A stretch of DNA of 61,796 nt, from positions 1 to 61,796 of the forward strand of contig PMCS01000015.1 of the NCBI GenBank assembly GCA_003154195.1, in the 5' to 3' direction. Below are positions 1 to 10,487 of the stretch, in pieces. The position numbers and the translations under genes are program-made. Source of the stretch: Candidatus Omnitrophota bacterium. Lineage in GTDB: Bacteria; Omnitrophota; Gorgyraeia; Duberdicusellales; 4484-171. The notes under the pieces were generated by a model. The model saw nothing but the letters and a program-made list of their open reading frames with translations. It made no database searches and was not told where the DNA came from. Every line of letters starts with the position of its first letter. Position 1 is the stretch's first letter.

Positions 1-3000
1 TGGCAGAAAGCCTATCAAGCCGCGGCTAAAGCCTTTGGTACAACCGATATCAAACTGGATACCTTCAACAAGATATGGATTGCTCCGGATAAGGCTGAGG
101 TATATGAATATAAGAATACGGCGGTAGTCAATCAGGCAACGTTAAAAGCCATGTTAGAACAAGACTTCCTGGCGCTGCAGAAAGGAACGAAGGATGAAGT
201 CCGAGGGACGAAGGATGAAAAAGCAGGACAAATCAACAAGGTGGCTTCGGACGTAATGCGTGAAGTCGTAGTACCTAAAATAACCGAAGATATCAATTCC
301 GGTAAGAACTTTGCTACTCTTCGACAGATCTACTACTCTCTGATCTTAGCTAAATGGTTTAAAGAGAAGTTTAAAGAATCTTTCTATAAACACTATATCA
401 ACCAGAAAAAGATCAAAGGTATCGATACTAATGACCCCCAGGCTAAAGAGAAGATCTATAACCTATATACGCAAGCCTTTAAGAAGGGTATCTATGACTA
501 TATTAAGAAAGAATCCGACCCGGCGACGCATAAACAAGTAAGGCGGAGATACTTTTCCGGAGGAGTAATTTCTAACTTTGAGCCGGGCAGATTTGTGGTA
601 AGCGGCCTAGCCGACAGCTTACCGTTGAATGCTGTGCAAGGAACGAATTTCATCAGCGCGGGGGCAGAACTTGCAACGGGAGCGGCGAATGATAACGCGT
701 TTGCGTTGGCGGCGAGCCCAATGGGCCAAAAAAGGCCCGGGCTTCGGGGTTGGAACACTATGTATGATCGCGTAATGGATAACGGAGGCCCGGGGCTCCG
801 GGGTTTGAATACTGCCTACGATAATAACCGGCGTTATTATGATGGTAACGGAAACCGGACATCACGGCCGGGAACAACCCCGAGCAGCAGGCCATCAAGC
901 AGTGATTCTTCCCGAAGGGGCGGAAGAAGCGGCAGTCCGGTAAGTTACGCGAAAATGTCGGAAGTTATCAAAAGCATTGCTGACCAAGTAACCGGCAAAG
1001 GGAAGTCTGAAAATGTGAAATACGAAGTCGATACAGCTAAAGGAACTGCCGTTATTTCATGGGCTAACGATCATGGTGACGAAGTGGCTTCCTTGACGAT
1101 TGAGAAAGAAGATAGTGGTAAAGGCTGCACGATGACCGTCAGGCAAAAGCACTGGGTAGGCAGCAGGGGGTACTTTTTAGGAGGTACGGACAATATCTAT
1201 CGCACAGCCAAATATGTTTTTGACTATATGGGTACAATATGGCCAGGTGCGATAATCGTCAATGACTGGGGAGTAAATTTTATCGTTGATCCAATGCTGC
1301 ATACACAAATAGAAAAGGATGAAGAGGTTAAGTATCTTGCCTATGGGTATGTAGGTGACGTAGGTAAGCCTGACCCTAACCACGCACTCCTGTTTGTGCC
1401 TGCGGGGAGTCAGAAAGCCAGAGATTTGATCGCGAATGCGCGCCAAAGTGCGGGCAATAAGAAAAAAGGCTTTGTCGAATACGACTTAAGACCGAAGATG
1501 GCCGCCAGCCCGACAGCACCGGTGACGAACCGCAGAATTGCGCCGGGTTTCGAAGAAAGAATAGATACGTTTGCTATCACGATGGGGCTGTTTAATACCG
1601 GAACTAAGTACCGGCCAATTAATTTAGACGGAGCGAAAAATGCTTTCAGGCAATATGCCGAATATGCAGCCGGCGACAGCACGACAACAGGCGTTGCCCG
1701 CTGGGAAGACCGTCATGATACCTATATTTGGGAGTTATCTTTTGAAGTGGATGATAGCAACCCCACCGGTATTCTTGTTACGGCAATGTATCATGACAAA
1801 AGCGGAAAGACCGCGGCAAAGCCTGAGCTAGCGACACGTTTCTGGGTTCTCGATGTGTTTGCCAACCCCAACCCGGTCAGCCCGATTAAGTTGGCAACAT
1901 TTTCGGTTGTATATCCTAAGGCGCGGTCATTTGTTTCCCAGGAAGAAGCGCTCAGAACGATGTTAAAGTCGGCAGGGAAAGATGTAATAAGAATTACTCT
2001 CAGCAATGATAACGGTTTACCCCTAGAAATTGCAGTCCCGGATTTCCGCGCTCAAAAACCGGATTTAATGGAGCAAATCTATGCTAAATATGTCGCGATG
2101 CTCTATGCCCAGGCCGAGGCATTACGGACCGGGCCTTCGCAGCATTTATACGTAGAAGCCCGCAACCGCAAGGGAAACCGCGATGCGGGAACTGAAAGCA
2201 AGATAGTAAGCGCGATTGAAAAATATTTCACGATCACCGGCGACCGCCTATTCGATAAAATCAACAGCGGGAATCCCGTAGAGATATTGAAGAAACCCGA
2301 TGATCTTGTTTTAAAAAGCCCCACAACTCTGGAAGAATGGGTGGCCAAACAATACGCCGGTAAAACAATAACCAGGCGCGAAAACCCGGTTGTAATCGCT
2401 TTGGATATCGGCGGACAGGGGATGAAGCCGTATATCTCGCGCAACGGCAAAGATGTCACTGCCGAGGTCTTAAAAGATTCCGGTAAGGATAGCACAAGAG
2501 ATGAGGACGTTGCCGCGGATAAAACACTTGCCTACCGCTTGTCTTATCCCGCCGGAAATGACCGTTCCGCCGGCAAGGTATTCGGGGATAGAGTGGTAGC
2601 TTATGTCATGGAATTAAGAGCGGCTGCAGAAAAGATGTATGGCCCGGATTCGGTTGTCAGTGTAGCTATCGATAGCGCCGGGACTCCGGATTACGCCAAG
2701 GGGCGGATGACAAGCTTAGGGTCTTTATCCGCAGGCTTTGTTGTGGATAAAGCCCAAGAAATAAGTGACGCCGGCATGTTTATTCCTGAATTAATCAAAC
2801 TTTTGCCTAATGCCGTAGTGCTATTCGGTAACGATATGCAATTGGGTTGGGGTAATGCCCTGATGCATTACGCGCTTGCTTCGCTAAGCGCCGCTGACGC
2901 GGAAAAATTTAAAACCGCTAACATTCTTTTCGACGGCGGCGGCATCGGCACTTGCCTGGTAATAGACGGCAAGGTCGTTATCGGTTTAGACGAGTGCGGA

Positions 3001-6000
3001 CATCTTATCTGGGATACTAAAACAGAAGAAGCAGTTGTCACCGGTCTAAATTCACCGATCGGTTCTTATGAAGAAAGCGGCGGCAGTGAAAGAGCGATAA
3101 TGCATAACGCTGAAGCGCTTGGCTTAGCCGACATGTTGAAAAAAGCCGGTTTTAAACGTGAGGTAACGCCCAAACAAATAGGATTGTTGGCTACCGGGAC
3201 CAACCCTGTTACCGGTAATCCGCTATCAGATTCTTCAGACGACAAGCGGATGAAAGAACTTGCCATAAAGGTCTGGGACAGGATTGCCCGGATCGACGCG
3301 GAACATATTATTTTTATGTATAAACTGACAAAGGTCCCTAATGTTATTTTCGGCGGCGGTACGACTTCCGGAGATACCGGAACGCTTAGAGTGCGATTAA
3401 TGAACAAATACCTGAAGCAATACCGCGAGAGATTAGGCATTGAAGAAAAAATCGAGATTATCCTCTCCAGAGGAAAGACCACCGCGGCTATGGGGGCGGC
3501 GCTTAAGGGCCAGGAGATGTATGAAGAGTTGCTAGCGGCGGCGAGCCCGGTCAGCGCGGAAAAAGTTAAAGAGATTGCGGGAATTCTAAAAACCCGAGGC
3601 GAAGTTTTTGATAGCGATGTCGAAACGGCATTAGATAAGTTAGGCAAGGCATACAGGAACACATTTGGCCATAATGGAAATAAGAAGGCGGATATAAGCG
3701 AAGTCAGCGTACCAATATGGCGCCTTCCCGGTATTACTTTGCGCCGCTCCCCCAGAAGCGCGGATGTGCGCATCGTATTCCAAGAATGGGGGTCTAAGCC
3801 GTCAACGATAGGTACTGTGGTGCAGGTTTTCCCTGCCGCAGAAAAAAAAGAAGGGAAAGAAAGAGTCCAGCCGGTGACGATTGTAAGATGGCCCGGTAAT
3901 ACGTTGAGCGCATCTTCAGAAAAAATTAATCTTAACGCCCGAGCCGGAAGCGATGAGGAAAGCGCCGCCGCGCGGGGAGAGACAAAAGAAGTTTCTCCCG
4001 GAATTTTAGCCGGAACAACGGAGTTAGTTCTTGTTGACGCTAATGAAAAGGTCTTGGGCCGTCTCCGTTTTGAGAGCATTGGCAATGGTAAAAATGAGCC
4101 GGTAGTTTTTGGCTTGGAGCATTGGAGCGATTCCGATGCCACCAAGCCGGTAGGCCTTAGCGAAGATAGCGAGACCGCTAAAAAGCATATTGTCCGCGGC
4201 AGTTGGGAATTGTTCAACCTTCAGGACATCGGGTTGGGAAAGATAACGTTGTCTTACGATAGTGAGACCGGAGAATTTTGGATTGACGCGAAACGAAGAT
4301 CTAATGAATATCGTCCGGTGATTAGCGTCAGGGAAGTAGAAAAGTCAAGCAGCCCCGCGTCCAGCCCTGCGAAAGTTGGCATGGGGATTACGAATAGGGA
4401 AGAGCTCAGTAGTGAGCTGATGCTGGCCTTGCCGGGTTCCTGGGTGCAAGGAAGAGGGCACGTCACCGAAGACATATACGCTTTATTTCCTGAGGATAAA
4501 CAGAAAATAATCGATCGGTGGATGGACAGTTTGGAGGCGTTTGCCCGCGCGCATGCCCAAAACGCTGACCATGCCCAGGAGATGATCCAGCGCGGTATTG
4601 CCCTTATCGGGTTAAATGCCCGTAAGGAAATCGTAGAATTTCGTTCCGGTTCCGGTTACCATGTTTATGCCGACACTATAGTGGGCTGGGCAAGAAATCG
4701 GAATAGGTTTTTTGATGCCCTTAGCCATATGGAGAAGATTATCGGATCAGCTGCTGCTGACCAGCGAAGCGCCGACCGTTCAAGCTTGGCAACGATACAA
4801 AAACATATCGATGTCCTGGAGGGGAAAGGCAAAGCGAACTCCAGAGAAGATATCGATGCGGGAATAAAAACCCTGGCCGATCTGGAAGGCGCTACCCCGC
4901 AAGTTTTGCGCATTGCCTACCGGGCCCTGTTTAATTACGGACAAAAGATTTTAAATGTGCGGAATGAATTCGCCGGGGCAATAATAGCCGAAGGGAGCGC
5001 AGACGATAGATATTATTCTGTTATCCTGATGCTTGATCGACAATTAGGTAAAGTTCAAGAAGCGTTTTTCAGTGTAAAGGAAAAATTAAGCAGTTCGGCG
5101 ACCATCAGTTCCAGCCCACTAAGCGCGAAACAGCTAAATGAATGCATTACTGCTTTGGGGTATCTGGGTAATCCTGATGCGCGCAGGCTGGCAAGGAACT
5201 TACTGGCTCTGCGCGATCCTAATAATACGCAAGGAATCAACCAAGGTGATATCGGGTGGGCCACCAAGAGCTTGACCAGTTATCGGAGTAGCCTCATTAG
5301 CACACTCCCAAGCACACTCATAACCCAAAGATCCTATGACGACGAGCTTACTCAAAATAAGATAGTGGTCATCAGTAATGCGCTTACCAATCTTGGAAGA
5401 CTGGGAAATGAATTAACTGCTCGCGCCGCGGCCAACCCGGCGGCGGCCAAGGAACGTGAGACGACGGCGGCGAGCCCGGCCAGGGAATTGAAGGCCCGGC
5501 AGAAATTGCTGGACGATATTAGAGCAGCCGCAAGAGAAGTGCGAGGTCTTAATAGCAAGGCCGCCACCGTCCAACATCAGGATCCCCAAGCCGTAATGAC
5601 CTTCGGTGAAGTGTTATCGGGAAAGGAAGCGGCGCTGAGGAGAAAATTAAGCGCCGCAGGGGTTGCTGATTCGAGTTTTATCGATTCCAAAAAAGAAGCC
5701 GATACCGTCGCAGTCGCTACCGCAATGGCCGGCGACGTTACGGATTTAAGGATACTGATTGATTCTCTTACCACGGAAGCACAGGTAAGGGAAAATTTAA
5801 ATTTACTTGAGGCGACGTTTAGCGCGCTCATACCAGAAACCGATGTGGCAGATATCTTATTGGTAAATGAAAGAGATATCGAGACGCTTCGAACAGAACT
5901 GCTTAGACTGCTTACGGTAGTTGAGGCTAACTACGGCAGAAATGGACAAGGCGAGGCCGCACGTATCACAAGCCAACCGGAAAGAGTGGTCGGGATCGAG

Positions 6001-9000
6001 GCAAAGGATAGCGCAAGCGCCAGCCCGCTGGATCCGAGACAGATAGGAAAATGCATTGACGCTACGCGTTCTTTGCGCAATCCCTGGGCGAGTAGAATAA
6101 TAGCGGGCTTAGAGGATATGCGCGCTACTGGTGATATAGGAAAATTCAGCTTGTCGGATGTCCAGTGGGCCATTAAAGAGTTAGGGGCTACCGGGGGACC
6201 GCTTTCGTCAATGCATACAACCCCGGGAAGTGAAGCCCAGCTGATTACGCTAAGAAGGGAGGAAAGGGATGCAGCGGCCCTTAATAACTTTAGAATATTA
6301 GAAAGGGAATTAAAACGCTCCGGACGCGGTATTGCCGGCAGCCCGCTTAACAATTCTGAAGTAGCGCGGAAAGTGGCTCAAGAGGTAAGTAAGGCGCTTT
6401 ATGGTAGCGATTTAGACCCTCTACACCATTATATCCCTAACGGTAGTGATGCTCTCCAACAAATAATCATGAGGCATTTGCAAGGCGAAACGCTGGAAAA
6501 AGAAGAAAACCGGCGCTTAAGCGATAAAGATTGGCAATTAGACATAAAATTCTTGCCGACTGATGACGGCTCGCTTGTTGTAGGTTATGACCTTAAGCTA
6601 AAAATTACCAGTGGCTGGGTTTCAGTTGTTTGGGGAAATACTAAGGGAATCGCTTTAACGCAAACCGGCACCGCCGCCAGCCCGATAGAAAACCTCCCCG
6701 CGCTCGATTCGCAGATTAAGAGCGCTACTGAGGGGCAGGGTAATATTGGGGCGATGAAGGATGTAGTTTCCCGATTACGCCAAACCCGTCTCTTTGATGT
6801 TTTAGGGACGCAGGGCCGGGAAGAAAACTATGCCGCTTATTTAGGAAGAATCGGAGAAGCGGCCCAATCAAGAGTAAGGGCCCACGCCTATGAAATATCT
6901 CAACAGCGCCACAATGACCAGGGGATAAGCCCGGATGAAGAGACGGCAGCGCGGGCTGACTGGATACAGGCGGAACACGAACTGCTGCAACCGGTTTCTG
7001 GTTATCTGAAGCAGGCGCAAACTGCGTTCGATTCCGCCGCGCAAGATGCCGCGGCATATATTGCGCATGCCATAATTAACCTTGTTTTTCGAAGCACAGG
7101 GGGCGCGGAAGGGAATCTAGATACAACTCACCGTTTAACGGAAGAAATCGCAAGGTCGTTTCGCGACCCGGCCGGAGTTACTTTTAGCCTCCAGCAAAGA
7201 GCACAAGAAAGAGCTGGACGCCGGGATCCAGGTATGACGGTAACATTTTCCTATCGAGATAGGGAAACCGGAAGGGAAATGAATTCTCTCCTGCACGGTT
7301 TCTTCCTAACATCCGAAAGGCTTGATAAAAGCGGTTATACCCTTGGCGACATGCTTACCAGGGTAGAACACACCCGCGCCGCGCGGGAACTGGCCGAATT
7401 CGCCGAAACCCGGCCGCTGATCAATTTGCCTAATCTCGAGGCGAGAATCGAAAAGGCAATCGAAGTTTTCAATGCGTATCAGGCAGAGCCCAGCCCGGCC
7501 GCCGATGGAATAGCGCAAATCATCGGTGGATTGAGCTTGACCATACTTGCCGCGCGCAATAAGCCCCTGTTAGAGCTCCTGCGCCAGTTTCATTACCACT
7601 ACGATGATCGCATAAAGGGAAACCGCATCGTCCTGACCCTATCGGGACATCCTACTACTATTGTCGGCGATAGGCTTATCCCGGCGCTGAGCGAATATTT
7701 AAGAGCAATACCGATAGAGATTAAAAAAACTGTGGCCGCAACCGCGCGTGAATTTCGCCAAAATTACCAAGGGCCGGAAGCTACCGATGATGAACATTGG
7801 CTGGCGGCGGAAGAGTACCTGTTCTCCCGCTTTGGTTCTTTGGCCGGCGGTGCGTCCAGCGCGGTGGAATTCGGCCAGTATTTAGAGAAACTGCTAAGCG
7901 CAGGAAAAACGAGAGTACATTTCAAAGACACCAAATTGGGTTATCTGAAGGTAACAGGTGAGGAGATAGTTGGGGACAGTTGGATGCGTACAGTTAATTC
8001 TGCCCAAGATTTAGACCTTACCGTTTCTTTGGACCTTGGTAGGAAAATGCTAATATTACAGAGGCGCCCTTCCAGTTCAGGCGACGTAAAAAGCGTGATG
8101 AGCGGGGAGTCGTCTCGCACAGAGAGTCCTTCCGGCACCTCCAGCGCGAGTGATGAAGAAATAACCAGCCAATTTACACAGGTAATCCGGAATTATTGGG
8201 AAAAACATACTCAAAAGGGCTTCCCTATGAAAAATGGGATAGAAGATAAAAAGGTATTATGGAAAGTCAATTTTGCGTTACGACAAAAAGGATTTCAGCC
8301 GATAGGGTTATCGGAATTAGATGTTCTCCAAAATGCCCTTGCGGCAGGCGGCATACAAATGCACAAAGTCGACCGCAGCTTATTTAAAGTAAAACGCAGG
8401 TATTATGTCATCTACAGCGTTAAGCCGGTATCTTCTTCTCCCAGCCCGGCTACCGCGGGGAGTCCGGCAGTAACAGCGGATGATCTAAGAGATACTGCCG
8501 ATAGGATTCTTAGAAACATCGGCATGCGTTCTATGCATGTGCATATTACCACGGTAATGGCCGATGTCACCGAGAGGCTTCATGGCGCAGAGGCAACACG
8601 TCAAAACGTCATGGATGCCGTAGCGGCGATAAACCATCGCCTAGGAGAGTTTCCGGGGGCATCGCTATATGAAGTCAGCAACGATGGGGTAATCAGTTTG
8701 CCTTCAGATAATGACCCTGACGGAAGACGCAGCCTTTCCGAAGAGTGGGGACGCATAAAAACACTCAATTATGAGAATATGCCGGTTACGGCTATTATGC
8801 AAAGACTAACCCTAACTCCGGAAGCAGTGTATACCGCCCTCAAGGCCATAAGCGCCAGCAGGGATTATCTATCGATGTTTTTTGTGCAAAATGGCCGTAT
8901 TGTAACAGAAGAAAAAAATCACATGACTGATTCGAGACAGTATCCCGATTTTAATAGAGCAGAGTTCACTCAAGTCGCGAGTTCTAATTTGGGTTTAACG

Positions 9001-9168
9001 ACTACTCCCGGCGGTATCAAAATGAGTAACATCCCGGTGATATCTTCAGCGGCGTCGCAGAAGATCGAATTCGCCGCCATCGGCCCGGATTTCTTCGACC
9101 GTTTGACGTTCCGAATTGTTTCGATGAAACACATCGTGTCGTTGGCGCAGTTTGCGTCATTGCCGTGA
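1..9168 (+). CDS. Giant modular protein, 5'-truncated by the window edge (>3050 aa): conserved N-terminal domain, SP-delimited cargo modules (ROK-family kinase domain, two DUF2934-like motifs), conserved PGGI C-terminus
   Basis: Frame is open from base 1 (WQKAYQAAAKAFGTTDIKLD...) and matches the paralog at 37235. ROK motifs VIALDIGG, GND, GGGIGT-LVIDGK, ECGH, VIFGGG at ~2392-3510. DUF2934-like RAHAYEI...ADWIQAEHEL (~6870-6985) and DEHWLAAEEYL (~7790-7820). Confidence 0.9.
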   Translation, partial: WQKAYQAAAKAFGTTDIKLDTFNKIWIAPDKAEVYEYKNTAVVNQATLKAMLEQDFLALQKGTKDEVRGTKDEKAGQINKVASDVMREVVVPKITEDINSGKNFATLRQIYYSLILAKWFKEKFKESFYKHYINQKKIKGIDTNDPQAKEKIYNLYTQAFKKGIYDYIKKESDPATHKQVRRRYFSGGVISNFEPGRFVVSGLADSLPLNAVQGTNFISAGAELATGAANDNAFALAASPMGQKRPGLRGWNTMYDRVMDNGGPGLRGLNTAYDNNRRYYDGNGNRTSRPGTTPSSRPSSSDSSRRGGRSGSPVSYAKMSEVIKSIADQVTGKGKSENVKYEVDTAKGTAVISWANDHGDEVASLTIEKEDSGKGCTMTVRQKHWVGSRGYFLGGTDNIYRTAKYVFDYMGTIWPGAIIVNDWGVNFIVDPMLHTQIEKDEEVKYLAYGYVGDVGKPDPNHALLFVPAGSQKARDLIANARQSAGNKKKGFVEYDLRPKMAASPTAPVTNRRIAPGFEERIDTFAITMGLFNTGTKYRPINLDGAKNAFRQYAEYAAGDSTTTGVARWEDRHDTYIWELSFEVDDSNPTGILVTAMYHDKSGKTAAKPELATRFWVLDVFANPNPVSPIKLATFSVVYPKARSFVSQEEALRTMLKSAGKDVIRITLSNDNGLPLEIAVPDFRAQKPDLMEQIYAKYVAMLYAQAEALRTGPSQHLYVEARNRKGNRDAGTESKIVSAIEKYFTITGDRLFDKINSGNPVEILKKPDDLVLKSPTTLEEWVAKQYAGKTITRRENPVVIALDIGGQGMKPYISRNGKDVTAEVLKDSGKDSTRDEDVAADKTLAYRLSYPAGNDRSAGKVFGDRVVAYVMELRAAAEKMYGPDSVVSVAIDSAGTPDYAKGRMTSLGSLSAGFVVDKAQEISDAGMFIPELIKLLPNAVVLFGNDMQLGWGNALMHYALASLSAADAEKFKTANILFDGGGIGTCLVIDGKVVIGLDECGHLIWDTKTEEAVVTGLNSPIGSYEESGGSERAIMHNAEALGLADMLKKAGFKREVTPKQIGLLATGTNPVTGNPLSDSSDDKRMKELAIKVWDRIARIDAEHIIFMYKLTKVPNVIFGGGTTSGDTGTLRVRLMNKYLKQYRERLGIEEKIEIILSRGKTTAAMGAALKGQEMYEELLAAASPVSAEKVKEIAGILKTRGEVFDSDVETALDKLGKAYRNTFGHNGNKKADISEVSVPIWRLPGITLRRSPRSADVRIVFQEWGSKPSTIGTVVQVFPAAEKKEGKERVQPVTIVRWPGNTLSASSEKINLNARAGSDEESAAARGETKEVSPGILAGTTELVLVDANEKVLGRLRFESIGNGKNEPVVFGLEHWSDSDATKPVGLSEDSETAKKHIVRGSWELFNLQDIGLGKITLSYDSETGEFWIDAKRRSNEYRPVISVREVEKSSSPASSPAKVGMGITNREELSSELMLALPGSWVQGRGHVTEDIYALFPEDKQKIIDRWMDSLEAFARAHAQNADHAQEMIQRGIALIGLNARKEIVEFRSGSGYHVYADTIVGWARNRNRFFDALSHMEKIIGSAAADQRSADRSSLATIQKHIDVLEGKGKANSREDIDAGIKTLADLEGATPQVLRIAYRALFNYGQKILNVRNEFAGAIIAEGSADDRYYSVILMLDRQLGKVQEAFFSVKEKLSSSATISSSPLSAKQLNECITALGYLGNPDARRLARNLLALRDPNNTQGINQGDIGWATKSLTSYRSSLISTLPSTLITQRSYDDELTQNKIVVISNALTNLGRLGNELTARAAANPAAAKERETTAASPARELKARQKLLDDIRAAAREVRGLNSKAATVQHQDPQAVMTFGEVLSGKEAALRRKLSAAGVADSSFIDSKKEADTVAVATAMAGDVTDLRILIDSLTTEAQVRENLNLLEATFSALIPETDVADILLVNERDIETLRTELLRLLTVVEANYGRNGQGEAARITSQPERVVGIEAKDSASASPLDPRQIGKCIDATRSLRNPWASRIIAGLEDMRATGDIGKFSLSDVQWAIKELGATGGPLSSMHTTPGSEAQLITLRREERDAAALNNFRILERELKRSGRGIAGSPLNNSEVARKVAQEVSKALYGSDLDPLHHYIPNGSDALQQIIMRHLQGETLEKEENRRLSDKDWQLDIKFLPTDDGSLVVGYDLKLKITSGWVSVVWGNTKGIALTQTGTAASPIENLPALDSQIKSATEGQGNIGAMKDVVSRLRQTRLFDVLGTQGREENYAAYLGRIGEAAQSRVRAHAYEISQQRHNDQGISPDEETAARADWIQAEHELLQPVSGYLKQAQTAFDSAAQDAAAYIAHAIINLVFRSTGGAEGNLDTTHRLTEEIARSFRDPAGVTFSLQQRAQERAGRRDPGMTVTFSYRDRETGREMNSLLHGFFLTSERLDKSGYTLGDMLTRVEHTRAARELAEFAETRPLINLPNLEARIEKAIEVFNAYQAEPSPAADGIAQIIGGLSLTILAARNKPLLELLRQFHYHYDDRIKGNRIVLTLSGHPTTIVGDRLIPALSEYLRAIPIEIKKTVAATAREFRQNYQGPEATDDEHWLAAEEYLFSRFGSLAGGASSAVEFGQYLEKLLSAGKTRVHFKDTKLGYLKVTGEEIVGDSWMRTVNSAQDLDLTVSLDLGRKMLILQRRPSSSGDVKSVMSGESSRTESPSGTSSASDEEITSQFTQVIRNYWEKHTQKGFPMKNGIEDKKVLWKVNFALRQKGFQPIGLSELDVLQNALAAGGIQMHKVDRSLFKVKRRYYVIYSVKPVSSSPSPATAGSPAVTADDLRDTADRILRNIGMRSMHVHITTVMADVTERLHGAEATRQNVMDAVAAINHRLGEFPGASLYEVSNDGVISLPSDNDPDGRRSLSEEWGRIKTLNYENMPVTAIMQRLTLTPEAVYTALKAISASRDYLSMFFVQNGRIVTEEKNHMTDSRQYPDFNRAEFTQVASSNLGLTTTPGGIKMSNIPVISSAASQKIEFAAIGPDFFDRLTFRIVSMKHIVSLAQFASLP

Positions 9169-9339
9169 AAGCGAAAAGTACGCGAAGAAAAACTAGATTA
9201 AGGATTTCACATGTAGAGCATTTAGAACATGTAGGGGGTATTTTTAGAAATTATCTACATTAGCTACATGGCCCACATGTGTATATTGAATTATTTTTAT
9301 TGCGAACGATAGTAATTTTTTTGCGAAGCAAAAAAAATA

Positions 9340-9510
9340 AAGGCTGGGATTGAGGAAAAACTACCCTCCAACTTATTGGAAACGACCTCGTCCCGGCCTT
9401 TAATTTTTCCGCCCGACAGAATTTAATGAGGCTTGGCCGAAATCAAGTTCCGTCAGGACGCCGATTGAGGCCGTAGCCGAATTAGGAAGCGGAAAAATTA
9501 TCCCGAAGCG
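9340..9510. repeat. Structured intergenic palindromic element (MITE- or ncRNA-like)
   Basis: Hairpin aggctggga..gagg / cctc..tcccggcct (~9341-9399) and a 12-bp inverted repeat taatttttccgc (9401-9412) / gcggaaaaatta (9489-9500). Confidence 0.45.
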
Positions 9511-9570
9511 TTAATGATCATTGGCAAATGATCAATGTTCAATTTAAAATGACCGGTGTATTTTTGAAGC

Positions 9571-9703
9571 CCTTACCTTAACCCTAGCCCACCCCGGCAT
9601 CATGGCCCTTGCCCTAGCCAAGTCTTTAGCCCATACCGGCATCCTTACCATTACCCTGACCAAGTTTTTTACCCCTACCCAAACCCGCCGGTTTTGCTAT
9701 AAT
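9571..9703 (+). repeat. Hexamer-rich repeat ending in an extended -10 promoter; a copy follows the second giant gene
   Basis: tagcccataccggcatccttacc...cccctacccaaacccgccggttttgctataat closely matches 46751-46879. Confidence 0.75.
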
Positions 9704-9779
9704 ACATTATTGGCAAGGGTATATTACCCGATGCAAACGTCCCTCCATTATACTTGCTTAAAAAAAGAGAGGTGGAAAA

Positions 9780-10340
9780 ATGGCGCGGATAACCAAAATA
9801 GGCAGTGGAATTGTATTGTTTATGTTATTTATTTCCGTTACCGTCTTCGCGCAGGATTTAAACAAGCGGTTGCTTGAGGTAACACGGACCGGAGATACTA
9901 ACGCCGTCATGGCCTTGCTGGCTAAAGGCGCTGACGCCAACGCGAAAGATAAAACTAAAAATACCCCCGCCTTAATGTTGGCGGCGCTGAATGGGCATAC
10001 TGAAACCGTCATGGCACTACTGGCCAAGGGCGCTAAGGTAAATGCCGGAAACAACGATGGCTGGACAGCCTTGATGACGGCGGCATTGGGAGAGCATCTT
10101 GAAACCGTTGCCGCCTTGATATCCCAAGGCGCTGACGTCAATGCGAAAGCTAACGATGGCACGACCGCCTTGATGATGGCGGCAGGAATAGGGCATAGGG
10201 GAATCGTCACGGCCTTACTGGCCAACGGCGCCGAGGTCAATGCGAAAGATAACGCCGGTTTAACCGCCCTGATGCAAGCAGAAGGTAATGAACGCACTGA
10301 TGTCGTCGATTTGCTGAAGCAGGCCGGGGCTGGAGAGTAG
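9780..10340 (+). CDS. Secreted ankyrin-repeat protein
   Basis: Signal peptide ending VFA|QD; repeats of G-TALM-AA-G...GA-VNAK. Confidence 0.92.
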   Translation: MARITKIGSGIVLFMLFISVTVFAQDLNKRLLEVTRTGDTNAVMALLAKGADANAKDKTKNTPALMLAALNGHTETVMALLAKGAKVNAGNNDGWTALMTAALGEHLETVAALISQGADVNAKANDGTTALMMAAGIGHRGIVTALLANGAEVNAKDNAGLTALMQAEGNERTDVVDLLKQAGAGE

Positions 10341-10487
10341 CCGGAAGAAAGTAGAGGGCGAGACCGCTTGCCGGAGGCGGGCAGGCAGGGATAACAGAGT
10401 AATGAGAAAAAATACGCATTGCGCAGAAGTTCGAAAAACAGCTTAATCCTGGGAAACACCGGAAGCAGGGGATCGGGGATAGGTTCG

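Noticed and set aside
682-714. tmRNA gene
   Set aside because: The tag-like peptide has no stop codon after it, lies inside a long ORF, and no tRNA-like ends are visible.
3066-4217. Long minus-strand ORFs (e.g. 383 aa here; also 9758-10498, 35475-36134, 57579-58106)
   Set aside because: They are antisense shadows of well-supported + strand genes and have no recognisable motifs.
9602-9877. 91-aa ORF, and similar short ORFs at 20144, 23247, 31870, 34330, 52624
   Set aside because: They are translations of intergenic repeat elements.
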